NCBI GenBank assembly: GCA_963719315.1
Contig: CAVRBU010000001.1
Coordinates: forward strand, 416,001 to 480,000
DNA from: an uncultured Planctomycetota bacterium
GTDB taxonomy: Bacteria; Planctomycetota; Planctomycetia; Pirellulales; Lacipirellulaceae
Reading direction: 5' to 3'
DNA length: 64,000 nt
In this document: positions 43,019 through 53,174 of the stretch, in pieces
Layout of the letters: the number at the start of each line of letters is the position of its first letter
Numbering within the stretch: the stretch's first letter is position 1
The notes under the pieces: model-generated
Told to the model about the DNA's origin: nothing
What the model saw: the letters and a program-made list of their open reading frames with translations, nothing else
The model's database searches: none
Program-made: the position numbers and the translations under genes

Positions 43019-44345
43019 GGCTCGTGGTGCGCGATGCGGCCCGTCTTCCGCCAGGCGCCTTTACATCGTAGCACCAGAGCGTGCCCCAGTCGTGAATGTA
43101 GAGTCGGCCATCCGAAATCACCGGATATTCCCACGCCTTGCCGACGCGGTCGCTTGGAACATCGGGCGGCGTGAAGTGGCCTAGTTCGTGATAGGCGTCA
43201 GGCGAGGCTTCCAAGAGTGCAACGTCGCCATCCTTTTCACCGTGCAGGTAGAGACGGCCATCGGCAAAACAGATGGAAGCGGGTGAGACGGCTCGCTCCT
43301 TGGTCCATTTCACTTCGCCCGTTTTGAAATCGACGCATTGCGTTAATTCGTCGCCGGTTCCGTACAGGTACTCGCCGACGAGAACGGCGCCGCCGATCGC
43401 CTTGGGAAGTTTGCGATCGAAATAAACCTCCTCGGCTTTCAAGCCCCCGGCGTCGGGGGTGAGCTTTACGAGCGCGCCCCCCGAATACTTCGTAGCGGAG
43501 TAGATGCAATCATCGGCGGCGATCGGCGTGGCGATGTTTGCCGGGCTGCCTTGGGCCGTATGATCGTAGCGCCACAGGAATTTGCCCGTCTTGGCATCGA
43601 CGCCCACCAGCCCCTTTCCCAGGAATTGCACGTACTGTTTCACGCCCGCCGCGTTAACGATGATGACCGAGGCATAGCCGGCCGCATCGCCCTCCGGCAC
43701 TTGCGATTTCCAAATCACATCGCCATTTTTCTTGTTGAGCGCGACGATCGTAGCCTCTTTGCCGCCAGGCGTGACGACGAGCGTGTTGCCATCCACGAGC
43801 GGCGACTCCGCATAAGCCCAGGTACCCGGCTTGCCGCCAAAATCTGTCCGTAGATTCTTTTGCCAGCGCACCTTGCCTTTGGCCGCATCGACGCAGAAAA
43901 GATCGCCATCAGAACCGAGCGCGTACACCAATTTGCCATCGACCGTGGGAGTTGAACGCGCGCCAGGATACGGCGGTTTCTGATCCGGATTGCCGACCTT
44001 ACCGAGATGCTGTGTCCAAAGTTGTTTGCCGTCTTTCACGCGAAGAGCCTGAACGTATTCGTTGTCCAAACCTTTGTTATTGATCAGGAAGATGCGGCCA
44101 CCGGCGATGGCAGGAGTTGAGTAGCCGTCACCCAGCTTATCGACCCGCCAAACCAGTTTGGGGCCTTCTTCGGGCCACTCCTGAAGCAACCCTTTTTCAT
44201 GGGAAATGCCGTCGCGGTCCGGCCCGCGCCACTGCGGCCATTCGGCGGCTTGCACAGCCATTGCAGAGAGTAGCGCCAAGATGATACTGATAACGCGACA
44301 GGGCTGACCAGCAACTTTTGGCTGCCCAAGGCAAATGCGACTCAC
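42996..44345 (-). CDS. PQQ-binding-like beta-propeller protein
   Basis: EWPQWRGPDRDGIS, GARSTPTVDG and WEYPVISDGRLY; GTG start with an AGGAG RBS. Confidence 0.9.
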   Translation of the reverse strand: MSRICLGQPKVAGQPCRVISIILALLSAMAVQAAEWPQWRGPDRDGISHEKGLLQEWPEEGPKLVWRVDKLGDGYSTPAIAGGRIFLINNKGLDNEYVQALRVKDGKQLWTQHLGKVGNPDQKPPYPGARSTPTVDGKLVYALGSDGDLFCVDAAKGKVRWQKNLRTDFGGKPGTWAYAESPLVDGNTLVVTPGGKEATIVALNKKNGDVIWKSQVPEGDAAGYASVIIVNAAGVKQYVQFLGKGLVGVDAKTGKFLWRYDHTAQGSPANIATPIAADDCIYSATKYSGGALVKLTPDAGGLKAEEVYFDRKLPKAIGGAVLVGEYLYGTGDELTQCVDFKTGEVKWTKERAVSPASICFADGRLYLHGEKDGDVALLEASPDAYHELGHFTPPDVPSDRVGKAWEYPVISDGRLYIHDWGTLWCYDVKAPGGRRAASRTTSPTKPSRN

Positions 44346-44539
44346 GCTTACATCTCCTACAACGATTCGGCCGAAGCCGGGGATATTCAATGCGTGATTA
44401 TTCTTGAAGTTTTGCGTTGGCGTGTCAAGCAATTGCGCGAAAAGATGCCACTATTCCGCCCTTTTATAGATATGCCCATTCGACGACGCAAACTTATAAT
44501 GGTGATTGGAATCCGGCGCACTCGCGTCATTTGATTTTT

Positions 44540-46405
44540 ATGACCACTGCCACTCCAGCCTTTGCGATCGTGCGCCCGCGCGTGCTCGTGACGCGAACGG
44601 GCGAGTCGCGACTCCTCGACGAAATCGTCGCGGAGATTGCGGAGGAATATGGTTCCGGTCTGATTCGGCTGTGCGGTGGCCCCGGCAGCGGCAAATCGAC
44701 GGCGTTGGCTCATCTGGCAGCCGTGTTTTCTCATGATGCAAACCTCATCTTTTTGGATGAACCGACGCCAGAGCAATTGGTAGCCTACCCAAGCGACCAC
44801 GTCGCTGTTGCGACCATGCCGTCGGGCGACGGCCGCAATTTGGAGGTGGCTCTGCAGCCGTGGGGCATCGATGAACTGATCGAGTACCTATTGGCGGCAC
44901 ACCACGATGCCTGCGGTTCAGTGATCGAGCGGCTGGGCGCGGCTGCGAATCATCTTTGGGCGCCGCAGTTGGCCTGCATTGTTCTGAATCGGTTCGCTCA
45001 AGACCCCTCGCTGACCGATCCATTGGACGCACTGCTGCCGCACGTTTACGAACTTCTGCCGACCGCCAAGCAGCAGCTAGCCGCCGAAGAGTTTTACGCC
45101 GCGATGCTTATCGGTGGCGGCAAGCAGATAGAGACAGCACACTCGAAGCTGAAAAGGACCAATGTTTCGGAGGACGCGATAGCGTTGCTGCGGCATCCGA
45201 TGGTGCATCTGCCGCTGGCCGCGAAATCTCTATTGGACAAGATTGAAAACGGTTCTGTGGACACCCTTAAGCAACGATGGCCAGTGGCCTTGGTCGAATC
45301 AGTAGGCAGTGGGTGTGCGGGGCGACCGAAAGCACTGGTCCAGCTTCACAAGCTCCTGGCAACGCCGCAGGCGGAAGCAAAGCACGCGTTGGCAGCGAGT
45401 ATCCTTTTCATGGCCGAGCCGGGCTGGCGGCCAGAAAAGCCACGATGCCCCTGGCGACTGACGAATGGAATCTTCTGCGGCGCGGAGTGGTCGGACGTAA
45501 ATCTTTTCAAGGCCGACATCTCGCACTGCGACTTTACAGACGCCAATCTGGCAGAAGCGAATCTCGAATGCGCCAACGCCGAGTTTGCGCTCTTCGACGA
45601 CGCCAGCCTCGCAGCAGCGGTGATGATTCGCCTCTCGGCGAATTCGGCCAGCTTTCGCCGCGCCAATTTGGAAGGCGCCAAACTGCCAAACGCGAAGTTG
45701 AAAAATGCTAACTTTAGCGGGGCCAACTTGACCGGTGCTGCGATGATGATGGCCGACTTGTGCGAAGCCGAGTTGTCATCGGCCAGGTTGCAGCGAGGCG
45801 ATCTCTCCCAAGCGAAATTACTTCGCGCTAAACTCCAGGATACGAGCTTCACCGACGCGAATTTGCGTGGCGCAGACCTGTCGGGTGTCGATCTTCGGCA
45901 AGTAAAGATCAACGGCGCATGCCTGGAAGGTGCATTGTTGAAGGAAGTTCAGTGGGAGGATTCGCACGTCGCCGGCGCAAAACTGAAAGGCGCTGATCTT
46001 TCGCGTGCCCATCTCACGGGCTCGTCTTTCCCGGCGGCCGATCTGCGCGGCGCGAATCTAAAAGGCGCGGGACTTGCCGAAATCGATTGGGAGGAGGCCG
46101 ACTTGCGCGACGCAGATCTACGGGGCGCAACTTTCCATTTGGGCCCTTCCCGCAGCGGACTGGTCGGCAGCAATATCGCCTGCGAGGGGAGCAAAACTGG
46201 TTTTTACACGGATGATCTGGAGGACATGACGTTCAAACGGCCGGAAGAAATCCGCAAGGCAAATTTGTGCAGCGCCGATCTGCGTGGGGTAAAAGCGGAT
46301 AATGTCGATTTTTACCTCGTGGATTTACGCCAGGCAAAGCTCGACCCCGAGTTGCGCGAGCAAGCGCGGAGCACCGGTGCAATCCTGGAAAACCATCACG
46401 CGTAA
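44540..46405 (+). CDS. Pentapeptide-repeat protein with an N-terminal P-loop NTPase-like region
   Basis: GGPGSGKST and IFLDE; more than 200 aa of A(D/N)L.. repeats. Confidence 0.88.
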   Translation: MTTATPAFAIVRPRVLVTRTGESRLLDEIVAEIAEEYGSGLIRLCGGPGSGKSTALAHLAAVFSHDANLIFLDEPTPEQLVAYPSDHVAVATMPSGDGRNLEVALQPWGIDELIEYLLAAHHDACGSVIERLGAAANHLWAPQLACIVLNRFAQDPSLTDPLDALLPHVYELLPTAKQQLAAEEFYAAMLIGGGKQIETAHSKLKRTNVSEDAIALLRHPMVHLPLAAKSLLDKIENGSVDTLKQRWPVALVESVGSGCAGRPKALVQLHKLLATPQAEAKHALAASILFMAEPGWRPEKPRCPWRLTNGIFCGAEWSDVNLFKADISHCDFTDANLAEANLECANAEFALFDDASLAAAVMIRLSANSASFRRANLEGAKLPNAKLKNANFSGANLTGAAMMMADLCEAELSSARLQRGDLSQAKLLRAKLQDTSFTDANLRGADLSGVDLRQVKINGACLEGALLKEVQWEDSHVAGAKLKGADLSRAHLTGSSFPAADLRGANLKGAGLAEIDWEEADLRDADLRGATFHLGPSRSGLVGSNIACEGSKTGFYTDDLEDMTFKRPEEIRKANLCSADLRGVKADNVDFYLVDLRQAKLDPELREQARSTGAILENHHA

Positions 46406-46485
46406 CGTCGCCGGATTGCGGCCGCGAGCGCGACTGCCGCATTCTCCCATTGTCCGTCGGGCGGCCAGACGCCACACTGGTTCGC

Positions 46486-47277
46486 ATGGCTGAACTACTA
46501 GCTCCCTCTTCGCTGCTGGCCTTGGTGGCTCTTACGGCGCTCGAGATCGTGCTGGGCGTCGATAACCTCGTGTTCATTGCCATTCTCACCGGCCGGTTGC
46601 CGCCGGAACGCCGCCCGCAGGCCAGGCGGTTGGGGCTGGGGATGGCCGCGTTTGGGCGGATCGCGCTGCTGATGGCCGCGTCGTGGGTCGTTACCTTGGA
46701 GGAATGGAAGCTGCCGAGCCTCGGGGGTTTGGAACTTTCGATTCGCGATGTGATCCTGATCGCCGGCGGTACGTTCTTGCTGGGAAAGGCCACGTGGGAG
46801 ATTCATGAAACGCTCGAAGGCGAAGTCCACCATGCCGGCGCCGCGGTGCCGCGAGCGATTAGTGTGCGAAGCGTCATCGGGCAGATCCTGTTGCTGGACC
46901 TGGTGTTTTCGATCGATTCGGTGCTGACCGCGGTGGCGATGGTCGAGCCCGGCAATACCGCGAAATTCTCATCGCCTTCAATACCGTTTACGACGGTGCC
47001 TTGGCCGGCGATGGCTCTCATGAGCGCGGCCGTTTTGGCGGCAGTCGGAGTGATGCTGTGGTTCATCACGCCGGTGTCCAACTTTATCGAACGCCACCCT
47101 ACGGTAAAAATGCTGGCGCTGGCGTTCCTCTTGTTGATCGGAATGGTATTGGTCGCCGACGGCTTCCATCACCACATTTCGCGGGGCTACATCTATTTTG
47201 CGATGGGCTTCAGCATTTTTGTGGAATTGCTCAATATCAAAATGCGCAACCGGCGCGAACGAATCCACGCTCGGTGA
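46486..47277 (+). CDS. TerC family membrane protein
   Basis: LEIVLGVDNLVFI, DLVFSIDSVLTAV, HPTVKMLALAFL and GYIYFAMGFS. Confidence 0.93.
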   Translation: MAELLAPSSLLALVALTALEIVLGVDNLVFIAILTGRLPPERRPQARRLGLGMAAFGRIALLMAASWVVTLEEWKLPSLGGLELSIRDVILIAGGTFLLGKATWEIHETLEGEVHHAGAAVPRAISVRSVIGQILLLDLVFSIDSVLTAVAMVEPGNTAKFSSPSIPFTTVPWPAMALMSAAVLAAVGVMLWFITPVSNFIERHPTVKMLALAFLLLIGMVLVADGFHHHISRGYIYFAMGFSIFVELLNIKMRNRRERIHAR

Positions 47278-47306
47278 CACAGAATATTTTAGAGGTGTAT
47301 TGTTCC

Positions 47307-47591
47307 ATGGGCATTGAACCGAATGCAGTGTGGCGCGAGTTGTTCACCAAGTGGCCAGCCAGCATTCCGAAGCGCGGCGTGGTGGTGACGACGTTGAACG
47401 AAGTGACGCCCTTCAAAAGCTTCCTGATTAAGGGCGATCTGCTGCTGCTGGAACGCACGAATCCCGATGCGATCGGCGCACGATTCCTGTTGCTTGGTTT
47501 CGACGCGATTCACGTGGTCAAGCTGATCGACCCAATGAAGGAAGAGGTCTTCACTGCCGCCGGTTTTGTGGGGCATTTTGCTAAGGCGTAA
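47307..47591 (+). CDS. Small hypothetical protein
   Basis: 94 aa with a GAGGTG RBS; WPASIPKRGVVVT and LLERTNPD. Confidence 0.75.
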   Translation: MGIEPNAVWRELFTKWPASIPKRGVVVTTLNEVTPFKSFLIKGDLLLLERTNPDAIGARFLLLGFDAIHVVKLIDPMKEEVFTAAGFVGHFAKA

Positions 47592-47639
47592 CGCGAGTGT
47601 TACTCCTGGGGCAACCGCCGATTGGAGCAACTTAGGCTG

Positions 47640-49367
47640 TTACGCAACCACCACGCGGCGGCAGGGACGCCCGGTCGATATCGCGGCAATCAGAGCCACG
47701 AGCGCCAGCACAACCGTGCCAGGCTCCGGCACGGGCATGAAGAACACGTTGCCTTGCAAGTTCGTGATCGACGTATTCAGGCGGATGACGTCCGATAATT
47801 TGAGCGACATCAGCCAGTTGAGATCGTTGGTCGATAAGTCGGCGTCCTGCGTGAACCAGAAGCGGTCGCCATCGCGAATTCGCGTGAATTGATCGAGTAA
47901 CCCATACGTGATTAGTTCGCCGACTTGCGAATCGGCCAAGTGGTCTTCAGACAGCGCACCGACCCAAGCATCGATGTCATCGACGCTCCCGTACAGCGTT
48001 TCGAGTCCCGCGACGATGGATGGATCGGTGGAAATATCGGCAAACGTCGCCTTCGGCGCCAGGCCGAATGCTACGCGCATTGCGTTGTAGCCGGGCAAAC
48101 CGTGGTCGCGACCACGCTGGATATTCAAGCTGGCGAGATCGAACCCGCCGGGGATCGGGTCGCCAAACAGGAAATTGCGCACATCGTCCACCATATGCAT
48201 ATCAACGTCCTGCTGCTGATCGGAAGCCAGGCCTTTCAGCAAGTAATCCAATTCATTGGTTCCGGCGAGGCTTTGCGGCAAAAAGAAGGCGTGTTGCAAC
48301 CCCATGGGCCCGCCCGGCGCTTCGGTTCCGTCGTTTTGCATCCGCATCAAGTTGGGCGAGAGCATCGTGTGCCCCACGCGGTATAACGCCGTGGAAACCT
48401 CGTTCAGAATCGCCGCGTTCTGACCCGGATCGTACACGCTATAGACGCTCGGGGCGTACGAGCCTAACAGCGCTGGCAAGAACTCGTTATAGGTGATGGC
48501 CTGAATTTCGGCCCCGACCAACTTGCGAGCGCGCTCATAGATTTCGTCGTCGGTGCCACCGACGGTGGTCGCAATCTGGTCGGCCAGGCGATTGTGCTCG
48601 CGTACGAACAGCGTTTGCACGGCCGTCAGGCCCACCTGCTCATTGGCACGCACATCCCCGGCCAGATAAAACTGGTTAGCCGGCTGGCCGCCCGTCGCGT
48701 TCGGCTGTCCAAACGCATTAAGCGGCATGAGGTTGCCAGCGCTGGTGAGCAGGCGTCCGCCCGCATGCTCGCGGAGGAAATTGGCACGGGTAGTATCGGA
48801 GCCATAGACCATCGACGCATCGAGATACGATGTTACATCGTTGATCTGTTGCCGCGGATTACCTGGGCCGGTTCCCGTCGCCAGATCGTATTTCGATCGC
48901 TGGAAGCCCATCACCTGCGTGCCGGTACTATTCTTATCGAACTGTGGATCGCCAAAGGGAATCGGGATGTTAAAGTCTTCCGGCGGATCGGCAGCATTTG
49001 TGAGATCGAGATCGTGATCGACAAACTGACCCCATTGAAAGACCCAATCGGTCATGGAATGGTTGTTGGGGAGCATGATCGTTTGGGCCACGACCATGTT
49101 GCTGATATCGCGCGGATTCGGCAGGGCCGGATTCGGCGGCGTGGGACCAAGCAATCCGCCGCGCGGCGTGGAGAAGCCGTCGTCGTATGCCGTGCCGGCG
49201 ATCCGTGCCAGCTGCGTGCCGGCAGCGCCCCAGCTTGAATTCGCCATGTTATTGCCGCTGCCGTCGATCGAGCGATATTCCACGCCCGCGGCACCCGGCA
49301 CGAAGCAGGCACAGAGGGCCATGCCGATCGCGAATCGCACGAATCCACAGCTGCCGACAAAGTTCAT
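47640..49367 (-). CDS. Animal-type haem peroxidase with PEP-CTERM anchor
   Basis: YRSIDGSGNN, WGQFVDHDL, GDVRANEQ, YRVGHTM and NIQRGRDHG; C-terminal VPEP, TM and RR. Confidence 0.93.
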   Translation of the reverse strand: MNFVGSCGFVRFAIGMALCACFVPGAAGVEYRSIDGSGNNMANSSWGAAGTQLARIAGTAYDDGFSTPRGGLLGPTPPNPALPNPRDISNMVVAQTIMLPNNHSMTDWVFQWGQFVDHDLDLTNAADPPEDFNIPIPFGDPQFDKNSTGTQVMGFQRSKYDLATGTGPGNPRQQINDVTSYLDASMVYGSDTTRANFLREHAGGRLLTSAGNLMPLNAFGQPNATGGQPANQFYLAGDVRANEQVGLTAVQTLFVREHNRLADQIATTVGGTDDEIYERARKLVGAEIQAITYNEFLPALLGSYAPSVYSVYDPGQNAAILNEVSTALYRVGHTMLSPNLMRMQNDGTEAPGGPMGLQHAFFLPQSLAGTNELDYLLKGLASDQQQDVDMHMVDDVRNFLFGDPIPGGFDLASLNIQRGRDHGLPGYNAMRVAFGLAPKATFADISTDPSIVAGLETLYGSVDDIDAWVGALSEDHLADSQVGELITYGLLDQFTRIRDGDRFWFTQDADLSTNDLNWLMSLKLSDVIRLNTSITNLQGNVFFMPVPEPGTVVLALVALIAAISTGRPCRRVVVA

Positions 49368-49462
49368 ACGGTTGCAACTCAAAAGTAACGAAAGTCGAGC
49401 GTGTTCTGGTGGGGGCCTATATATTCGCTCCGCGCGGCAATGCTTTCTCTGAATTTTCGGAT

Positions 49463-49525
49463 TAGCCGCAGGGCGCTAGCCCACGGTTCGAGCGACAATA
49501 ACCGCGGGCTAGCGCCCTGCGGCCT
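49463..49525. repeat. REP-like inverted repeat pair
   Basis: tagccgcagggcgctagcccacggt / accgcgggctagcgccctgcggc. Confidence 0.75.
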
Positions 49526-49785
49526 ATCTGTGAATTGCGATGTATTCTGAATCTTGCGAATTCAGCTACGGTTTGGAAACTCCTTCCAGTCGACCATCCG
49601 CTTCCAAAGGAACGGCGTGCACTCAGACGATGCTTAGAATCCAAAGAGCCAACATCCGCCGAGAAAGCGTAAGAACTCATCCCCGAAACTTACTCTAGCA
49701 TGGGCGGCCAGTGAAGTTTCGTCAATAGTTTGGGCTGTTTCGGCGGGCTGTAGAATCGTTCAATTCAGCAGAATTCAACGAGGAT

Positions 49786-50601
49786 TCAGCCCGGTTTTTC
49801 CGTTTGCAGCCCCGGCAGATCGGCCCCGGTGATGCACAGCCGCTCGATCGCGGTGGCCCGGCCCGTTTCGGCGTCGGCGGTCACGATCGTGCCACAGAGC
49901 CGCACGTCCTTGGTGGCCACGTCGAATTCGGTGGGGAGCCCCGTAAGCGTCGTTTCCATTACGCGGTCGATTCGGCGGCCAATGATGCTCTCGAACGGGC
50001 CGGTCATGCCGACGTCGCACTGGAAGGCGGTCCCGGATGGCAAGATGCATTCGTCGGCCGTGGGCACATGCGTGTGCGTGCCGAGGACGGCTGTGACGCG
50101 GCCATCGAGGTAGCGGCCCATAAGTTGCATCTCGCTCGTGGCTTCAGCGTGGAAGTCGATCAGGCGAATCCGCACATCGCTCGGCACCGCGGCCAGCACG
50201 CGGTCGGCTGCTTGCCACGGGCTATCGACCGGCTTCATGAACAGCCGGCCCAGAAAGCAAGCGATCGCCACCGGCACTCCGCTGGGCGACTGGATGACTA
50301 CCCAATCCCTCCCCACCGCTTCGGGCGGCAGATTGGCTGGCTTCACGATGTTCGGTTCGTTCTCCAACACCGAATAGATTTCCTTGCGCCGATAGACGTG
50401 ATCGCCAAGTGTGATGCCGTCGACGCCGCCCCGGATAAGTTCCCGGTAAATGGCCGGCGTGAGACCGGAGCCGCCGGCGGCGTTTTCGGCGTTGGCGATC
50501 ACCAGTTCGAGGTCGTACTTGGCCTTCAGGCCATTCACGGCGGCGCAAACAATGTCGCGGCCGGGTTTCCCAACGATGTCGCCGATGAAAAGAATTCGCA
50601 C
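49786..50601 (-). CDS. ymdB: YmdB-like metallophosphoesterase
   Basis: ILFIGDIVGKPGR, NAENAAGG, TLGDH, DFHAEATSE, GTHTHV and DVGMTGP. Confidence 0.93.
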   Translation of the reverse strand: MRILFIGDIVGKPGRDIVCAAVNGLKAKYDLELVIANAENAAGGSGLTPAIYRELIRGGVDGITLGDHVYRRKEIYSVLENEPNIVKPANLPPEAVGRDWVVIQSPSGVPVAIACFLGRLFMKPVDSPWQAADRVLAAVPSDVRIRLIDFHAEATSEMQLMGRYLDGRVTAVLGTHTHVPTADECILPSGTAFQCDVGMTGPFESIIGRRIDRVMETTLTGLPTEFDVATKDVRLCGTIVTADAETGRATAIERLCITGADLPGLQTEKPG

Positions 50602-50679
50602 GATTGTCGATCGAGTAGGTCCGGCGGGCCGAGCCGGAAAGTTTGTACTGTCGCTCTCGCGCCGCTCCGCTCGCGGCAC

Positions 50680-52280
50680 TTACTTAGCGGTCTCGGTAAA
50701 TCTATTTTCGCGAATCATAGTGACTTTGATCTCGCCTGGGTAAGTCAACTGCTGCTCGAAGGCATTCGCAATCTCGCGGCAGATTTTAGCGGCGGATTCG
50801 TCGGTCGTCGTCTTGGTGCTCGCGATTACGCGCACTTCGCGGCCCGCTTGAATTGCGAACGCCTGCTCGACGCCCTGGAAGCCGGTGGCGATTGTTTCAA
50901 GCTCCTGCATCCGCTTGATATAGCGGTCGAGTGTTTCGCGACGGGCGCCGGGCGCGACGCGCTGCATGCATCGGCGGCAGCCACGAGCACAGTGTACGGC
51001 ATATCGGGGCGGATATCGTCGTGATGGCCGAGCGCGGCGTGGACGACTTCGGCGCCCTCGCCATAGCGCTTGAGCAGATCGGCGCCGATCTGCGGGTGGC
51101 CCCCTTCCATATCGTGGTCGGCTGCTTTGCCGATATCGTGCAGCAAGCCGGCGCGGCGAGCGAGAACGGCGTCCATCCCCAATTCCTCGGCCATGGCGCT
51201 CGCCACAAAGGACACTTCGATCGAATGACGCAGCACGTTTTGGCTGTAACTGGTGCGATAGTGCAACCGGCCCAGCAGGTTGACGACACGCTCGTTGAGA
51301 CCGCGAATCTGAGTCTCCTGGACGGCTTCTTCTCCATACCGGCGAATTTGCTTCTCGATCTCGGTTTGTGTTTCGGCGACGAGCTCTTCAATTCGCGTGG
51401 GATGGATGCGGCCATCCGCGATAAGTTTATTGAGCGAGATTTTGGCGATCTCGCGGCGAACCGGGTCAAACGCGCTGACAATCACCACCCCCGGCGTGTC
51501 GTCAATGATCACGTCCACGCCGGTCGCCTTTTCGAAGGCGCGAATGTTCCGCCCTTCGCGACCGATGATGCGGCCCTTCATCTCGTCGCTGGGGATGTCC
51601 ACGGTGCTCGTCGTGGCTTCGGCCGTGTGAGCGGCGGCGAACCGCTGAATCGATGTCACCAGGATTTCTTTGGCCTTTACATCGCAAATGGCGGCGAGCT
51701 CCTTTTCTTTCTTGAGAATCAGCGCGCCTTGCTCGTGCGACAACTCCTGATCCAGCCGCTCCAAGAGCCTGCGCTTGGCCTCCTCAGGGCTGAGGCCGCT
51801 GATCTGGTGGAGGGCTTGCCGTTGCACGTTGAGCAGGTTGTCGAGCTCGGCCTGGCGGCGATTCGCGTCTTCGAGTTTCTCGCTCAGCTTGCGCTGGTTG
51901 TTCTCGACCATCTTCTCCTGTTTTTGAAGCTGATCGGCGCGACCTTCGAGCATATCCTGTTGCTTATCGAGATGACGCTCGCGGTCGAACATCTTCTGCC
52001 GCATTTCATTGAGTTGGTCCTCGATGCGGCTTTTTTCGCGTAGGGCCATCTCCTTGGCCTCGACTTCGGCTTCCTTGCGGCGTGAAACAGCCTGGATCTC
52101 CGCATTTTCGAGGATTTGCCGCGCCTCCTTCTCGGCGTCATGCTTCCGCAAGTACCCGATCAGTTTGATGACGCCCATGCCCAATAACGCGGCAACGAAG
52201 GCAACCGACACGATTAGCCAGGGATTGTTTCCTCCGTCGGTTTGCTGGGCGAGCAAAAATAGGGAAATATAGGGCGACAC
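50680..52280 (-). CDS. rny: Ribonuclease Y; frameshift near 50950
   Basis: N-terminal TM and coiled coil; KH domain [16 protein letters not shown] domain [17 protein letters not shown] and YPGEIKVT. Confidence 0.96.
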
Positions 52281-52837
52281 TTCCGCAACTCCTTGTCCGA
52301 TACACTCCGAGGGGCGAATCTGCCGAAGTTGATCCTCGACAGACAACACTGCCTGAGAGCGTTTATGTTCGCGACCGCTGAAAAACGCGAATCGCCGGAC
52401 AGATGCGTGGACGCTCGTCGTTCCCGAACTGGGACCGTAAAGGCACACAACAATTGGCGCGTTCCCGGCCAATCTCACGCGGCGCTAGGAAGTCGCCTGC
52501 GAATGAGAAGCAAGTCGAGTTTCGGCTAGGACCATCTCCGCCGCGGCGCTGCTTGCTCGGCAAGCGCTGGGGCCAGAGAATAGAAGGCGCTGCCATAGAG
52601 CAGCTCGTGCCGATGACGCAATGCCCGGGTGACCGGGCCGTCGCGCCGTCCCATGGTGTCGAACCAAAGCACTGGTTCCCTGCGTGCCCATGCAACTTCG
52701 CCTATCGAGATGCGCAACCACGATCCGCTGCCAACATCCATTCGGGCGGGCTGACTGTTGCACGACAGGTTCCGCAATCCGCGCCAGAGCAGAGCGATTC
52801 GGCCGATAATCCAAACGGCCGACGCCAGCAGGGCGCG

Positions 52838-53005
52838 AAACCCGTGCGATTCAGTAATGGTCAACAACTGACTTGAACTCATACACAAACGTTCTTATGT
52901 AGCGTTACGTTCTGCCCGACGGCGTTTGATAGCCACCGGCTCAAACACGTCAAATTCCACAAGATTCATCCTCCTGTGCCGGCCAACGGGCCAAGCACGC
53001 GGATT
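52838..53005 (-). ncRNA. ssrS: Probable 6S RNA
   Basis: Lies upstream of rny-ymdB with its own promoter; ends pair (CCGCGTGC/GCACGGG); inner TGAATCTTGT/ATGAGTTCA; ~170 nt rod-like fold. Confidence 0.6.
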
Positions 53006-53011
53006 CACTCT

Positions 53012-53041
53012 ATCTTAATGAAATTCCACCGCGTATTGCAA
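53012..53041 (-). promoter_or_regulatory. Sigma70-type promoter for the 6S candidate/rny
   Basis: Minus strand TTGCAA-18 nt-TAAGAT. Confidence 0.6.
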
Positions 53042-53174
53042 CCCGGCAGCGGGGTTGCGAACGCGACATTTTGAGAATTCAACCTCCGAACCGTTCAATG
53101 GCAGCGCGGCGGGCCATACAAATTGACTCTTTTACGCGATTAGCCAGACAGGCGAGCCAAAGTACGGGAACCGA

